A stretch of 64,000 nucleotides of DNA from Candidatus Krumholzibacteriota bacterium (GCA_041309605.1 JBFYZH010000115.1:5824-69823), one strand, 5' to 3'; shown: positions 46,726-57,180, counted from the stretch's first letter. Numbers and translations: made by a program. The notes: generated by a model not told the origin, from the letters alone.

Positions 46726-47758
46726 AATCGTGCGGAAGATGCTCTCGGAATATATCGACGGAGTTCTGCCGGAGGGCGGGACCAGGACCGTAAAAGAGCA
46801 TATGGAACAGTGCGATGAATGCCGCGAGGTCCATGATTCGATGAAGGCGATCATAGCCTCGATGAACGATATGGAAACGGTCGCACCCCCCGCCGATTTT
46901 CTCGAAAAGGTCAATTCGAGGCTCGAACGCCGATCTTCGGCCGCCGGTTTTCTGCGCGGGATATTCCTTCCCCTGAGATTCAAGTTGCCGCTCGAGCTGG
47001 CCGGCCTCGCCGCCGCCGTAATGCTGATCGTTTATGTCTCGGGTTTTCTCGGGAAGGAAGGGATAGAGAAGATGGCTCCGGACGGGCGGATCGCCGGCCG
47101 GACGGAGGAGATTGTCGTCGAAGCCGAAGCGAAACGGGTCGAAGTCAGGGACAGCGGCGTCAAAAACGATCCGACGAAACCGGAGGAGCTCCCTGCAGAA
47201 CCCGAAGAGCTCCCTGTGGACGATGTGGTCGGGGCAACCGCGCTTAAGAACGGTGTTGTCAGGAAGGGCGGCGATCTGCGGGTGAGGGGCGGGCGCAGGG
47301 GCGAGACGCAGGTCGGTCGAGTGGAAGATTCACCCGAAGACGATGGAACGGTTTCGAATGAAGTCGCGACTTTGGCGTACAGCCTCGACCGGACGGATGG
47401 GGTTGCGAAGATTGAAGGAAAGGCGGCGGCCGGCCCGGCCTTTTCGGTCAATCCGCCGTCAGACCGGTTCGACAGCCTTCTTGCGGTATGTGAAGACCCC
47501 GGTGAAGAACTCGAAGCCTTCGTCGCGTCGATCGGCGGGAGGATCGTCTCCGTGCCCGAAACGATGATACTTGATGCCTCCTTGAAGGCGGCGAGAAGCG
47601 ACAGGCGGGCGATCCGGCCTCTGACGGTCGTCGTCCCGGGCGATTCTCTGCGGGTATTTTTCGATGGGCTCGGGAGGCTGGAAAAGATACGCCCGATCGA
47701 CTCCTGGATCGTCTCGCAGACGAGCGACAGCGCTACGGTGAGGATCGATTTCAGATAA
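46709..47758 (+). CDS. Anti-sigma factor (zf-HC2) with TM segment and a ~230-aa extracytoplasmic domain. Overlaps the sigma gene by 17 bp.
   Basis: 'CKIVRKMLSEYIDGVL.......HMEQCDECREVHDS'. TM 'LELAGLAAAVMLIVYVSGFL'. Confidence 0.65.
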   Translation: MMKNCKIVRKMLSEYIDGVLPEGGTRTVKEHMEQCDECREVHDSMKAIIASMNDMETVAPPADFLEKVNSRLERRSSAAGFLRGIFLPLRFKLPLELAGLAAAVMLIVYVSGFLGKEGIEKMAPDGRIAGRTEEIVVEAEAKRVEVRDSGVKNDPTKPEELPAEPEELPVDDVVGATALKNGVVRKGGDLRVRGGRRGETQVGRVEDSPEDDGTVSNEVATLAYSLDRTDGVAKIEGKAAAGPAFSVNPPSDRFDSLLAVCEDPGEELEAFVASIGGRIVSVPETMILDASLKAARSDRRAIRPLTVVVPGDSLRVFFDGLGRLEKIRPIDSWIVSQTSDSATVRIDFR

Positions 47759-47847
47759 TGATTCTTACCGGGATGGGCCGGGCAGGGATGACGGGTTGCA
47801 TGAAATAGAGATTACAGGGACGGCATGGGTGATGTTATCATTGCGCG

Positions 47848-49422
47848 ATGATATCCGTGCATGAAACAGGCGGTAACGCTGTACCGGGAAAGAAGAGTCT
47901 TTACAGAAGCGGTTTCTTCGTGGCGCTCGTATCCCTGCTCAGCAAGGGGCTCGGATACCTGCGCGAGATCGTCCTCGCTTATTATTTCGGCACCGGCGCG
48001 GTCGTCGACGCTTTCAGGATAGCGCTCACTGCGGTCCTCCTTCCGGTCAATGTCATCGCCGGCAGCGGTCTTCAGAACTCGTTCATCCCGGTCTTCCAGA
48101 CCCTGCTCGCCAAAAAGAGGAGAAGACTCGCCTGGCTCTTCGCCAATCAGCTCTTTTTCATGCTGATCGTCCTTGGACTCGTCATCTTCGTTCTCGAATA
48201 TTTCTTCGCCGAAAGATGGGTCTACCTGCTCGCCCCCGGGTTCAACGCGGAGCAGGCCCGGCACGCGGTCTTCTTTACACGGATCATGAGCTTTTCCGTC
48301 CCTCTGATGACGGCATGTTCCGTCGCCTTCGTCCTGAACTGTTTCTATATATTCAGGATCCCCTCGCTGCGACCGGTGGTGCAGAATGTCTTTCTGCTCG
48401 CCGGGGTGCTCCTGACGGTATACAGGGACAGGTTTGTCTTCATGGGGATCATGTTCCCGATCGCCTACGTCGTGTTTTTTCTCATGCTCGCGGGCAGCCT
48501 CAAGAATTACTGGGAGTTCAGGTTCACTCCGGCGATCAAAAGGTCGCTGGCCGTCTGGTCTGAGTTTGTACCGGTATGGCTGCCTCTTCTCGGCATGGTC
48601 CTGGTCGCGCAGCTCAACGTCTACGTCGACCGCGTCATCGGTTCGCTTCTCGCGGAGGGTTCGGTGGCTGCGCTGGAATATTCACGTTTCCTGGTGGAGA
48701 CCCCGGGGATCACTATCGGGATGGGATTCATGAGCGTTTTCCTTCCATACTTCAGCGAACTTTCGGCCAGGGACGACACGATCCGCCTTCGCCGCGACAT
48801 CGAACAGATGCTGATTCTCTCCGTCTATATAATGCTCCCGGTCAGTCTCGTCCTTTTCATCTGCGGCGAAGAGGTGATCCGCCTGGTTTACGGGTACGGA
48901 AAATTCGGCGACGCCAGCGTCGCGCTGACGGCGGGCGCGCTCAGGGGGTACTCGATCGGAACCTGGGCCTATTTTCTCTACATCCCCATTTCCAAGTATT
49001 ACCAGGCGGTGAAACGGAACGTTCTGCTTCTCGTATGTTTTACGATATCGCTCGCCGTGAACCTCGCCCTGAACCTGATGCTCTACAAGCGGTACGGCAT
49101 ATGGGGGATCGCCCTTGCGACGAGCGTCTCGCAGATCCTTCTTTTCGCCATGCTGTTTTATTTTATGCGCCTTATCGACAGGAAAAGGATCGCGGGGATC
49201 ATCCTTTACATGACCGTTTCGGCGGCGGTGTCGGGCCTCGCCGCGTGGAGGGTCATGATTCATTTCGAAAATCATATAGCCCGTGTCGCCGTCGCCGTCG
49301 CCGTCGTGGCCGTATCGTGGGTGCTTCTCAACCTGGGGATCGCTCAGATAAGGGAAAGGATATACGTTTTGCTGCGCGGCCTTCTGCGCGGGAGGAAGGC
49401 GGGTCCGGGCCGCAGGCCCTGA
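47848..49422 (+). CDS. murJ: Lipid II flippase MurJ/MviN
   Basis: 14-TM polytopic protein. 'SLLSKGLGYLREIVLAYYFGTGAVVDAFRIALTAVLLPVNV' matches the MurJ N-terminus. Confidence 0.8.
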   Translation: MISVHETGGNAVPGKKSLYRSGFFVALVSLLSKGLGYLREIVLAYYFGTGAVVDAFRIALTAVLLPVNVIAGSGLQNSFIPVFQTLLAKKRRRLAWLFANQLFFMLIVLGLVIFVLEYFFAERWVYLLAPGFNAEQARHAVFFTRIMSFSVPLMTACSVAFVLNCFYIFRIPSLRPVVQNVFLLAGVLLTVYRDRFVFMGIMFPIAYVVFFLMLAGSLKNYWEFRFTPAIKRSLAVWSEFVPVWLPLLGMVLVAQLNVYVDRVIGSLLAEGSVAALEYSRFLVETPGITIGMGFMSVFLPYFSELSARDDTIRLRRDIEQMLILSVYIMLPVSLVLFICGEEVIRLVYGYGKFGDASVALTAGALRGYSIGTWAYFLYIPISKYYQAVKRNVLLLVCFTISLAVNLALNLMLYKRYGIWGIALATSVSQILLFAMLFYFMRLIDRKRIAGIILYMTVSAAVSGLAAWRVMIHFENHIARVAVAVAVVAVSWVLLNLGIAQIRERIYVLLRGLLRGRKAGPGRRP

Positions 49423-49471
49423 TTCGCGGAATGGATGGAGGGGCGGGCCGCTCGCCCCCGGGGAGTCGAAT

Positions 49472-50632
49472 ATGAAGATCCTGCTCGTGACAAGGGGTTT
49501 CGGTAAAAGCGGAGGGATATCGCGGACCTCGCTGGAGGCGGCTGAGCAGCTTGCCCGCAGGGGCCACTTCGTCACCGTAATCGCCAGCCAGGCGGACCGC
49601 GGTTACCGCTTTCCGAATATCAGGATCGTCCGCATTCGCCTCCTGAAAATCCCCTTCGCCCGCGGAACGAAGCTGAAGAATCTCGTCGAGGTTCCGCAAT
49701 TCGTCTTCCTCAGCACCCTGCGCGTGCTCATGATGAGGAAGAGGTACGATGTCGTCTGGAACAAGGGGAACGCCCAGTGCCTCCTCCAGGACGTGATCAC
49801 CGCGGAGAGCTGCCACCATGCCTGGATCAGGGAGAAGGAGGTGGCCGGCGAAAAGAAACACCGTTGGTATCCCCTTCACAGGTTCGTCCTGTGGGCGGAG
49901 CGGAGGAACTACGGTCCGGGCCGGTTCAGGAGGATAACCGCGATATCGCGGATGCTTAAAAGGGACATAATGGAAAGTTACCCGTTTCTATCCCCGGACG
50001 ACATCGAAGTGATCCGAAACGGCGTCAACTTCAAGGATTTCGCCTTCGACGAAACCGCCGGCAGGGAGGTTCGGAGAAGCCACTCGATCCCCGAAGACCA
50101 TTTTGTTCTGCTCTTCGTCGGCTGGGAGTTCGACCGCAAGGGGCTTGGGCATGTTATAAGGGCCCTTCCGCTGATCAGGGGAGGCCGCGTCAGGCTTCTC
50201 GTTGTCGGCGCCTCGAAAAATCGAAAGTACGAATCGATCGCCGAAGCGGCGGGGGTGTCGAATATGATCGCATGGTGCGGAGCGGTCGAAGATACGCGCG
50301 GGTTTTACAGCGCGGCCGATTTCTTCGTTTTCCCGACGAGGATGGACGCCTTCGGCCTTGTCGTGCTGGAGGCGATGTGCGCGGGAAATATCGTCATTAC
50401 TTCGAGGATGGCCGGCGCCTCCGAACTGATACTGAACGGGGAGAACGGATTCATCCTCGAGGACTACGAGTCGGCCGCTGGAATAGCGGAGGCGATCGAC
50501 CGCGTGATCGCCGACGAGGCTCTGCGCTCGATGATCAGCGAGAAAGCTGTTATCACCGCGGCGGAAAACGATTGGGAAAAGATCGCCGGACGGTATGAAA
50601 GGCTTTTCGAATCTCTTCGCTCAACGGTATAA
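49472..50632 (+). CDS. Glycosyltransferase family 4
   Basis: 'KILLVTRGFGKSGGISRT' and 'FGLVVLEAMCAGNIVITSRMAGASELILNGENGFIL'. Confidence 0.85.
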   Translation: MKILLVTRGFGKSGGISRTSLEAAEQLARRGHFVTVIASQADRGYRFPNIRIVRIRLLKIPFARGTKLKNLVEVPQFVFLSTLRVLMMRKRYDVVWNKGNAQCLLQDVITAESCHHAWIREKEVAGEKKHRWYPLHRFVLWAERRNYGPGRFRRITAISRMLKRDIMESYPFLSPDDIEVIRNGVNFKDFAFDETAGREVRRSHSIPEDHFVLLFVGWEFDRKGLGHVIRALPLIRGGRVRLLVVGASKNRKYESIAEAAGVSNMIAWCGAVEDTRGFYSAADFFVFPTRMDAFGLVVLEAMCAGNIVITSRMAGASELILNGENGFILEDYESAAGIAEAIDRVIADEALRSMISEKAVITAAENDWEKIAGRYERLFESLRSTV

Positions 50633-51793
50633 CGTCTTGACGGCCCCCCAGGTCGATTCCCGGGCGGAAACGGTTCCGCAACCGGCGTTGAATGCCCCGA
50701 TGATCGAACAGAAGGGCGCGCCCGGCACGTTCCCGGGGAAACACGGGGAGTCTCTCCTGAGCTGGAAGTTCCTCGAATCGACGCTGCCGCAGAAAAGGGG
50801 ATCTGCCGAGAAGTTGCCCCCCTCGTCCGCCAGAAGGCCCGGCAGGGCGTCTCCCCCCGCATTACCGAAAAGATCGCTGCATCCGATGCTACCGGTCGAT
50901 CCGGACCCCATATCGAAAAGATACCCGTGGTTGAAGGCCAGTATCGACCTGTAGATATTTATACCGGAAGTATTGGAGATCGTGACCACCGCCCCGCCGT
51001 TGGAATCGTCGCATATCGTGCATTCGCTCATGTCCATGTAGCCGTTACCGAAGTTGAAGACCGCGCTGCCCCCGTTTTCGGCCTTGTTCCCATGGAAGAC
51101 GCAATCGGTGACGCTGGCCGTGCAATTATAGACCAGAATCGCCCCTCCTCCGCCGGCCGCGGTATTGCCATCCAGGGTGCACCCGGTTATGTTTATCGAG
51201 CCTGTCCCGTTCCAGAGCGATATCGCCCCTCCGGAGTCGTAGGCCGTGTTGTTCCTGAAAAGACAGTTTTCCGCCTTGAAATTCTGGTCGTTGATGACGC
51301 AGGAAATCCCTCCTCCGTACAGGGCCCGGTTGGCGACGAAGATGCAGTCGCGAACCGTCTCGCCCGGGATGTGAGTGAAGAAGCCTCCACCGACGTTGTC
51401 TCCGAAATCGGGAGCCTCGCCCCCCGTTATCGTGAATCCTTCGACGGTGACATGGTTCATGGCGTGGCAGTAGATCACCCTCGACTGGTACTCTGCGTCG
51501 AGCGTGGTCGCTTCGGGCCCCATCTCGCTGCGGAGGGTCAGATAATGGTTCCTCGTTCTGAATCTGATCATGCCGGCCTCTTCGCCGTTTCCCTGGCTCG
51601 TCCACGAATAATAACCGGGGCCGACAAGTATCTCGTCGCCGACTCCGGCCGTGTCTATCGCCGCCTGTATGGTGGGCATGTCTCCGGAACCGTCCGAACT
51701 GACGTACCATACGCGTGCCAGCGCTCCGGCGGGCTGCAGAGTGTCAACAATCAAGGGCAGCATTGACAGGATGAACAGGCGAAGATTATTCAT
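50621..51793 (-). CDS. Secreted right-handed parallel beta-helix (PbH1) repeat protein (pectate-lyase-fold, possible polysaccharide lyase/hydrolase)
   Basis: Signal 'MNNLRLFILSMLPLIVDTLQPAGALA'. Repeated 'N.A..GGGI........I..C.F..N.A..GGA.' coils. Convergent 12-bp overlap with the GT4 gene. Confidence 0.65.
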   Translation of the reverse strand: MNNLRLFILSMLPLIVDTLQPAGALARVWYVSSDGSGDMPTIQAAIDTAGVGDEILVGPGYYSWTSQGNGEEAGMIRFRTRNHYLTLRSEMGPEATTLDAEYQSRVIYCHAMNHVTVEGFTITGGEAPDFGDNVGGGFFTHIPGETVRDCIFVANRALYGGGISCVINDQNFKAENCLFRNNTAYDSGGAISLWNGTGSINITGCTLDGNTAAGGGGAILVYNCTASVTDCVFHGNKAENGGSAVFNFGNGYMDMSECTICDDSNGGAVVTISNTSGINIYRSILAFNHGYLFDMGSGSTGSIGCSDLFGNAGGDALPGLLADEGGNFSADPLFCGSVDSRNFQLRRDSPCFPGNVPGAPFCSIIGAFNAGCGTVSARESTWGAVKTLYR

Positions 51794-52029
51794 GGAGGGC
51801 CCCTTTCCTTTGACCAAAAGATACCGATTCGGCCGGGCCCGGTCAAGACGGATACAATACCATCGGTGACACTACGGCGGAGTCTCGTTTCCACGACCGC
51901 TACGGGGATAAATCGGATTTGAAACGCTCCCAACGACGAAACCGGTCTTTTTTTTGAATAAAAATCCACCGCCGGCGGTATTCTATCCGGGTATCAGAGG
52001 GACCTTTTCATGATGGAGGAGATGTCGAG

Positions 52030-53325
52030 ATGCCAGTCGGGAAGAAGACACTGCTGAAGGTTCTATTGGCGGTCGTCGCGGTGTTCGTCATATTGAGCGG
52101 ATCCATTTTCGCCCTGATCTATTTTCAGGTAAGCCGTCTGAAGGGCACAATCGGCAGTTGCGAACTGGAAAGCTCGCGATTCGTCGAGGAGATACCCTTC
52201 TCCTATATCAACGGTGTTATCGTGGTAAAGGCGAGGGTCAACGGTAGTGCCAGGGATTTGGAATTCATCCTCGACACGGGAGCTCCGACGATCCTTTCCT
52301 CGGCCGCCGTCAAGGAATTGGGCATAGAGGACATCACCCCATCCTTCGTCACGGAACGTTCGACGGGGACGCTCGTCGAAAGCAGGTTTTACAGGATAGA
52401 CAGGCTCGAGCTGGGGGATGCCGTTTTTTCGGATGTCGGCGCCATGTCGATGGACAGCTCGATGATGGGAAGACTCTCCTGCATGGCGGCGGACGGGATC
52501 CTCGGATGCAACCTGGCGGGCGCCTGCTGCATGCGGATCGATTACAAGGCGAAAAAGATCGTTATCACCGACGACATCGGTAGACTGGGGAAGGTTGCCG
52601 GAGCCTTCGACGTCGGTTTCAGGACCGAAACACAGAAGACCCCCATCGTGCGGATCGTACTCTGCGACAGCATCCCGGTCGACGTCACGTTCGACACAGG
52701 CTGCAACGGCACTCTCAGGCTCCATTCGCCCGAGATCTGCTCGCGGTTGACGGTCGACCGGCCCAGCCGGTGCGCCCGCAGGATAGGCAGGCCGGCGTTC
52801 ACGGTAAAAGGCGAAAGCCCGCCCGATTCGACGGTGGCGGAGATCCTTTTTCTCGCCGACAGGGTGTCCCTCGGGGACACCGTTTTGACCGATATTCCCC
52901 TCGAACTGTCGATGGGGACGGTCGAGGGCGGGAAAAACCTTCTCGGAAACAGGTTTCTCGAGAATTTCATCGTGACACTCGATTACCTGAACGAACGGAT
53001 ATGGTTTGCGCCCGCCGCGGAGGTGGGATTCTTCCTCGTCGAGCCGGTTACGGGGCTCGGTTTCGGCCCTTCCGGGGGCGTCGTGCTGGTGAGTACGGTA
53101 TACGAAGGCTCCCAGGCGGCCGCCTGCGGGATAAGCCCGGGCGACACGGTCGCCTCGATAAACGGCAGAGACGTATCGCGCCTTTCCCCGGAGGAGGAAT
53201 GCGGAATGTTCAGGGGCGAGCTTAAATTTGTCGATGACGGCGAGGAATCCGTTTCCATCGGGATCGTCAAAAACGGAAAACGGGATCTTTTCATTCTGGC
53301 ACGGTTCGACCCGCTGGGAAGGTAG
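52030..53325 (+). CDS. Membrane-anchored retropepsin-like aspartic protease with C-terminal PDZ domain
   Basis: N-terminal TM. Two Asp-protease half-sites 'FILDTGAPTIL' and 'VTFDTGCNGTL'. PDZ-like 'GVVLVSTVYEGSQAAACGISPGDTVASINGRDV'. Confidence 0.6.
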   Translation: MPVGKKTLLKVLLAVVAVFVILSGSIFALIYFQVSRLKGTIGSCELESSRFVEEIPFSYINGVIVVKARVNGSARDLEFILDTGAPTILSSAAVKELGIEDITPSFVTERSTGTLVESRFYRIDRLELGDAVFSDVGAMSMDSSMMGRLSCMAADGILGCNLAGACCMRIDYKAKKIVITDDIGRLGKVAGAFDVGFRTETQKTPIVRIVLCDSIPVDVTFDTGCNGTLRLHSPEICSRLTVDRPSRCARRIGRPAFTVKGESPPDSTVAEILFLADRVSLGDTVLTDIPLELSMGTVEGGKNLLGNRFLENFIVTLDYLNERIWFAPAAEVGFFLVEPVTGLGFGPSGGVVLVSTVYEGSQAAACGISPGDTVASINGRDVSRLSPEEECGMFRGELKFVDDGEESVSIGIVKNGKRDLFILARFDPLGR

Positions 53326-53531
53326 AAATTCTCAGACCCCGGATATGCGATACTGACATGCGGACAATCGGCCCGCGCTTTGCCGCGGCCGGGGGGCGGC
53401 AGGTTCGGCGGTGCGACCATGCGTCCAGCGCGACCATGCGTCCGCACTTGACCGCCGTCTTTTCTTCTGATACCTTCGTAATCCTTGTCGAAAAAGGTAT
53501 GAAATCCACCTGTCGATGACTGAACAGGAGG

Positions 53532-55226
53532 TTGGCCGTGAGGAAACTGCGCTTGTCCATGATCCTGTTGACGGTCGTATCAATCTCATCCGGGTTTGTT
53601 TCATGCGGGAAGGATTACAACATGGAATTCAGGCAATTCGTCGAAAACCATACATTGAAGGTCAGTCAACTGGAGAAGCAGGGGAGCCTCGCCTACTGGG
53701 AAGCCTCGAGGAGCGGAAGGGAGGAGGATTTCCTGGAGTTTTCGCGCGTGCAGATGGAGCTTGAAAAGATTTATACCAGCAGCGCGGAATTCGAATACAT
53801 AAAGGAGATCAGGGCGGGAAGACGTCTCGGGGACCCGCAGCTCAAGCGCATCGCCGACCTTCTGTACCTGAAGTACGTCGGCAACCAGGTCGATCCGGCC
53901 ATCCTCCAGAGGATCGTCGACCTGTCGAGCAGGGTCGAGAATCGTTTCAGCGTCTACAGGCCGGTCGTCGACGGGAAGGAACTGACGACGAACGAGGTCT
54001 ATTCGATCCTCAGGGAGAGTACGGACAGCGCCTGGAGGAAAAAGGTCTGGGAGGCGAGCAAAAGGGTCGGACCGGTTGTGATCGAAGATCTTATGGAACT
54101 TGTAAGGGCCAGGAACGAATCGGCCAGGGCCGCCGGGTTCGATAATTACTACCAGATGTCGATGACCCTTTCGGAACAGGACGAGGAAAAGCTCGCCGCG
54201 GTTTTCGAGGAGCTCGAAAGGCTTACGCGCGAGCCTTTTCTCGCCCTGAAGAAGGAACTCGATTCCGAACTGTCGAAAAGGTACGGGATCGGTCCGGAAG
54301 AGATGCGCCCCTGGCACTACCAGGACCCGTATTTCCAGGAAGCGCCGGCTGTCGGCGAGGTCGATTTCGACAGGTACTACAAGGGAAAGGATATAGCGGA
54401 GCTGGCGACCGCCTTCTACGCGGGGCTGGGCATGCCCGTCGAGGATATCATCTCGCGAAGCGACCTCTACGAGCGCGAAGGGAAAAATCCCCACGCCTTC
54501 TGTACCGACATCGACAGGTTGGGGGACATAAGGATCCTCTGCAACCTCGCAGGCAACAGCCAGTGGATGGAGACGATGCTCCACGAGCTGGGACACGGGG
54601 TGTACGACAAGTACATAGACAGGACGCTTCCATGGCTTCTCAGAAGTTTTCCGCACCTGTGCCTTACCGAAGCGTCAGCCATGTTTTTCGGACGGCTCTC
54701 GCAGGATCCGGGATGGATGAAATCCACCCTCGGGCTGGGCGGTGAAGAAATAGCCAGGATAACCCCGGCGCTGAAAAAATCGCTTCGAACCAAGCAGCTG
54801 ATCTTCGCGCGCTGGGTGCAGGTGATGTTCAATTTCGAGAGGGAACTCTACAGGAATCCCGACCAGGATCTCAACAAGCTCTGGTGGGACCTCAAGGAAA
54901 AATACCAGTTCGTCAAAAGGCCCGAAGGGCGCGACGAGCCCGATTTCGCGGCCAAGATTCATATCATCTCCTCGCCGGTTTATTACCACAATTACATGCT
55001 GGGCGAGATGATCGCTTCGCAGCTCGGGGATTTTCTGCAAAGGCGCCTTGCCGAAGAAGGCGGCGCGGCGGGTATATACGGCAACAGGGCGGTCGGTGAC
55101 TTCTTCAGGGAAAAGGTATACGGGCCGGGCAATATCCTCCCATGGGACGAGCATGTGAAGAAGGTGACCGGAGAACAGCTGACGGCGAAGTATTTCGTCG
55201 GGCAGTTCGTGGAGGGACAGGATTGA
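53532..55226 (+). CDS. Gluzincin lipoprotein peptidase (HExxH...E), best guess M2 (ACE-like peptidyl-dipeptidase), possibly M3
   Basis: Lipobox 'SISSGFVSC'. 'MLHELGHGVYD' plus downstream 'LTEASAMFFG' Glu ligand. About 560 aa, typical of bacterial ACE homologues. Confidence 0.5.
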   Translation: MAVRKLRLSMILLTVVSISSGFVSCGKDYNMEFRQFVENHTLKVSQLEKQGSLAYWEASRSGREEDFLEFSRVQMELEKIYTSSAEFEYIKEIRAGRRLGDPQLKRIADLLYLKYVGNQVDPAILQRIVDLSSRVENRFSVYRPVVDGKELTTNEVYSILRESTDSAWRKKVWEASKRVGPVVIEDLMELVRARNESARAAGFDNYYQMSMTLSEQDEEKLAAVFEELERLTREPFLALKKELDSELSKRYGIGPEEMRPWHYQDPYFQEAPAVGEVDFDRYYKGKDIAELATAFYAGLGMPVEDIISRSDLYEREGKNPHAFCTDIDRLGDIRILCNLAGNSQWMETMLHELGHGVYDKYIDRTLPWLLRSFPHLCLTEASAMFFGRLSQDPGWMKSTLGLGGEEIARITPALKKSLRTKQLIFARWVQVMFNFERELYRNPDQDLNKLWWDLKEKYQFVKRPEGRDEPDFAAKIHIISSPVYYHNYMLGEMIASQLGDFLQRRLAEEGGAAGIYGNRAVGDFFREKVYGPGNILPWDEHVKKVTGEQLTAKYFVGQFVEGQD

Positions 55227-56065
55227 TCTGGCTTCTTCCGGCAGCCGCATGTTCGATATTGATCGCCGTGATCCTCAAGATAAACGAGGGCCGGGGCGGC
55301 GACAGGCTGCTGATGGCCGGGGCGAACTATATAACGGCCTCCCTGCTCGGTCTTCTGCTTCTGAGCGGCAGGCCGGGAACACCCTCGGGCGCCACACTGG
55401 GTCTTGGAGCGGTGACGGGCGTCGACTACGTACTGGCCATACTTGTCCTTATGACCGGAATATCGAGAGGCCCGCTGGCCGTGCCGGTCACGGTAATGAG
55501 GCTGTCGGTGGCCGTCCCGGTTGTCGCCTCGATCTTCCTGTGGAACGAAAAACCTTCGCCGGCACAGTGGGGCGGGATAGCGCTCGGCATCGTCGCGATT
55601 ACACTGTTCGGCATGGGGATTTCGCCCGGGGCGGGTAAAACGGGCGCGAAACGGGGTTTCTGGCCGCTCATGCTTGCGATCTTCGTCCTGACGGGGCTTG
55701 CCAGCGTTCTTCTAAAGACCTTCAGCGAGATTTCATCCGACTCCGAACGCCTCCAGTTCACCTGGATTCTCTTCACCTTCGCGGGGCTGTTCACATGGCT
55801 GCTCATCTTGAGCATCAGGATCCCCTTTGATCGAAGGACATTCATTCTGGGGATGCTGCTCGGCGTGCCGAACCTTTTCAGCACCTTCTTTACGCTCAAA
55901 GCGCTCCAGGGAGTACCCGCCTCGATCGTATTTCCTTTTATCAACGTTACGGTTATATTCGGGGCGACCGTGCTTGGATTCGTCATATGGAGGGAGCGTT
56001 TAGGCGGCAGGGCGATCGCGGGACTGGTGCTCGCGGCCGCCGCACTCGTGTTATTGCCTCTGTAA
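55223..56065 (+). CDS. Polytopic membrane protein (about 9-10 TM, DMT/EamA-like)
   Basis: TTG start overlapping the upstream stop. Uniformly hydrophobic helices. Confidence 0.45.
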   Translation: MIWLLPAAACSILIAVILKINEGRGGDRLLMAGANYITASLLGLLLLSGRPGTPSGATLGLGAVTGVDYVLAILVLMTGISRGPLAVPVTVMRLSVAVPVVASIFLWNEKPSPAQWGGIALGIVAITLFGMGISPGAGKTGAKRGFWPLMLAIFVLTGLASVLLKTFSEISSDSERLQFTWILFTFAGLFTWLLILSIRIPFDRRTFILGMLLGVPNLFSTFFTLKALQGVPASIVFPFINVTVIFGATVLGFVIWRERLGGRAIAGLVLAAAALVLLPL

Positions 56066-56203
56066 CGGCGTTATTGCCCCCATAACCGCGCCGGTCCGTC
56101 AAAAGGGGAAAATGAGAAGAATTGTCATTTCAAAATCGGGTTTTTACACGATTCTTGCAGGAATACTTCCGTGGAAGTATTATCTTTTGCGGGAGGATCA
56201 AGA

Positions 56204-57127
56204 ATGAGACAAATAATGAATAATAGATGGACCGCGATGGTCGCCGCGGCAGTGTTGTTCCTTATGGTGACCTCGATTGCCTCGTGCGGCAGCGAAGATC
56301 CCGCCTCCCCCGATCCGACCGGCGATGACACGACCATGGTCGGGGATACAACAATGATAATCGACCATACGTGCTGCGATATATCTCTGATCCCGCGGCA
56401 GGCGATCCAGGATGCCATAGATACTCTTGTCATTGCGTATGGACACACCTCGCACGGAAGCCAGCTCGTTACCGGAATGGATGGTCTCGCCGATTTTCTC
56501 GGCGACGACCTGTATTCCTGGTCGTCGAATGGCGCGAACGGGACTTTGCAACTGAGGGACAAACCGTTTCCCAACGATCTTGGATATTCATCCTGGGAAC
56601 CGGATACAAGATCTTATCTCAACAGCCATCCCGAGGTGAACGTGATCATATGGTCCTGGTGCGGGCAGGTCTCCTACGCTTCGGAAGCCGTGATCGATCA
56701 ATATCTCGACGATATGACCGCTCTCGAGAACGATTATCCGAACGTCAGTTTCGTTTACATGACCGGCCACCTCGACGGATCGGCGTACGGGAGCAATACG
56801 TTCCTGCGCAACCGGCAGATACGCGAATACTGCCTGGCCAACGACAAGATTCTCTACGACTTCAACGATATCGAATCTTACGATCCCGACGGCGTCTACT
56901 ACGCGAACCGCAGGGCGAACGATAACTGCGATTACGACAGCGACGGCGATGGAACGCTTAAAATCGGCGTGGACGCCAATTGGGCCGTCGACTGGCAGAA
57001 CGCGCATACGGGCGAGTGGTACGATTGCGCGGCTGCTCATACCCGGCCGCTTAACGGAAATCTCAAAGCCTACGCCGCCTGGTGGTTGTGGGCGAGGCTC
57101 GGAGGATGGGACGGTTCCACCGAATAA
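56204..57127 (+). CDS. Hypothetical lipoprotein
   Basis: Canonical lipobox 'VTSIASCGS'. Asp-rich C-terminal half 'NDNCDYDSDGDGT'. No recognised domain. Confidence 0.5.
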   Translation: MRQIMNNRWTAMVAAAVLFLMVTSIASCGSEDPASPDPTGDDTTMVGDTTMIIDHTCCDISLIPRQAIQDAIDTLVIAYGHTSHGSQLVTGMDGLADFLGDDLYSWSSNGANGTLQLRDKPFPNDLGYSSWEPDTRSYLNSHPEVNVIIWSWCGQVSYASEAVIDQYLDDMTALENDYPNVSFVYMTGHLDGSAYGSNTFLRNRQIREYCLANDKILYDFNDIESYDPDGVYYANRRANDNCDYDSDGDGTLKIGVDANWAVDWQNAHTGEWYDCAAAHTRPLNGNLKAYAAWWLWARLGGWDGSTE

Positions 57128-57180
57128 TCGAAGCTTCGCGGGAATGCCCGAGCCGGGGGCGGATAAGTCGATTTTTACTC

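Noticed and set aside
53601-54656. 351-aa minus-strand ORF
   Set aside because: Antisense to the HELGH gluzincin gene.
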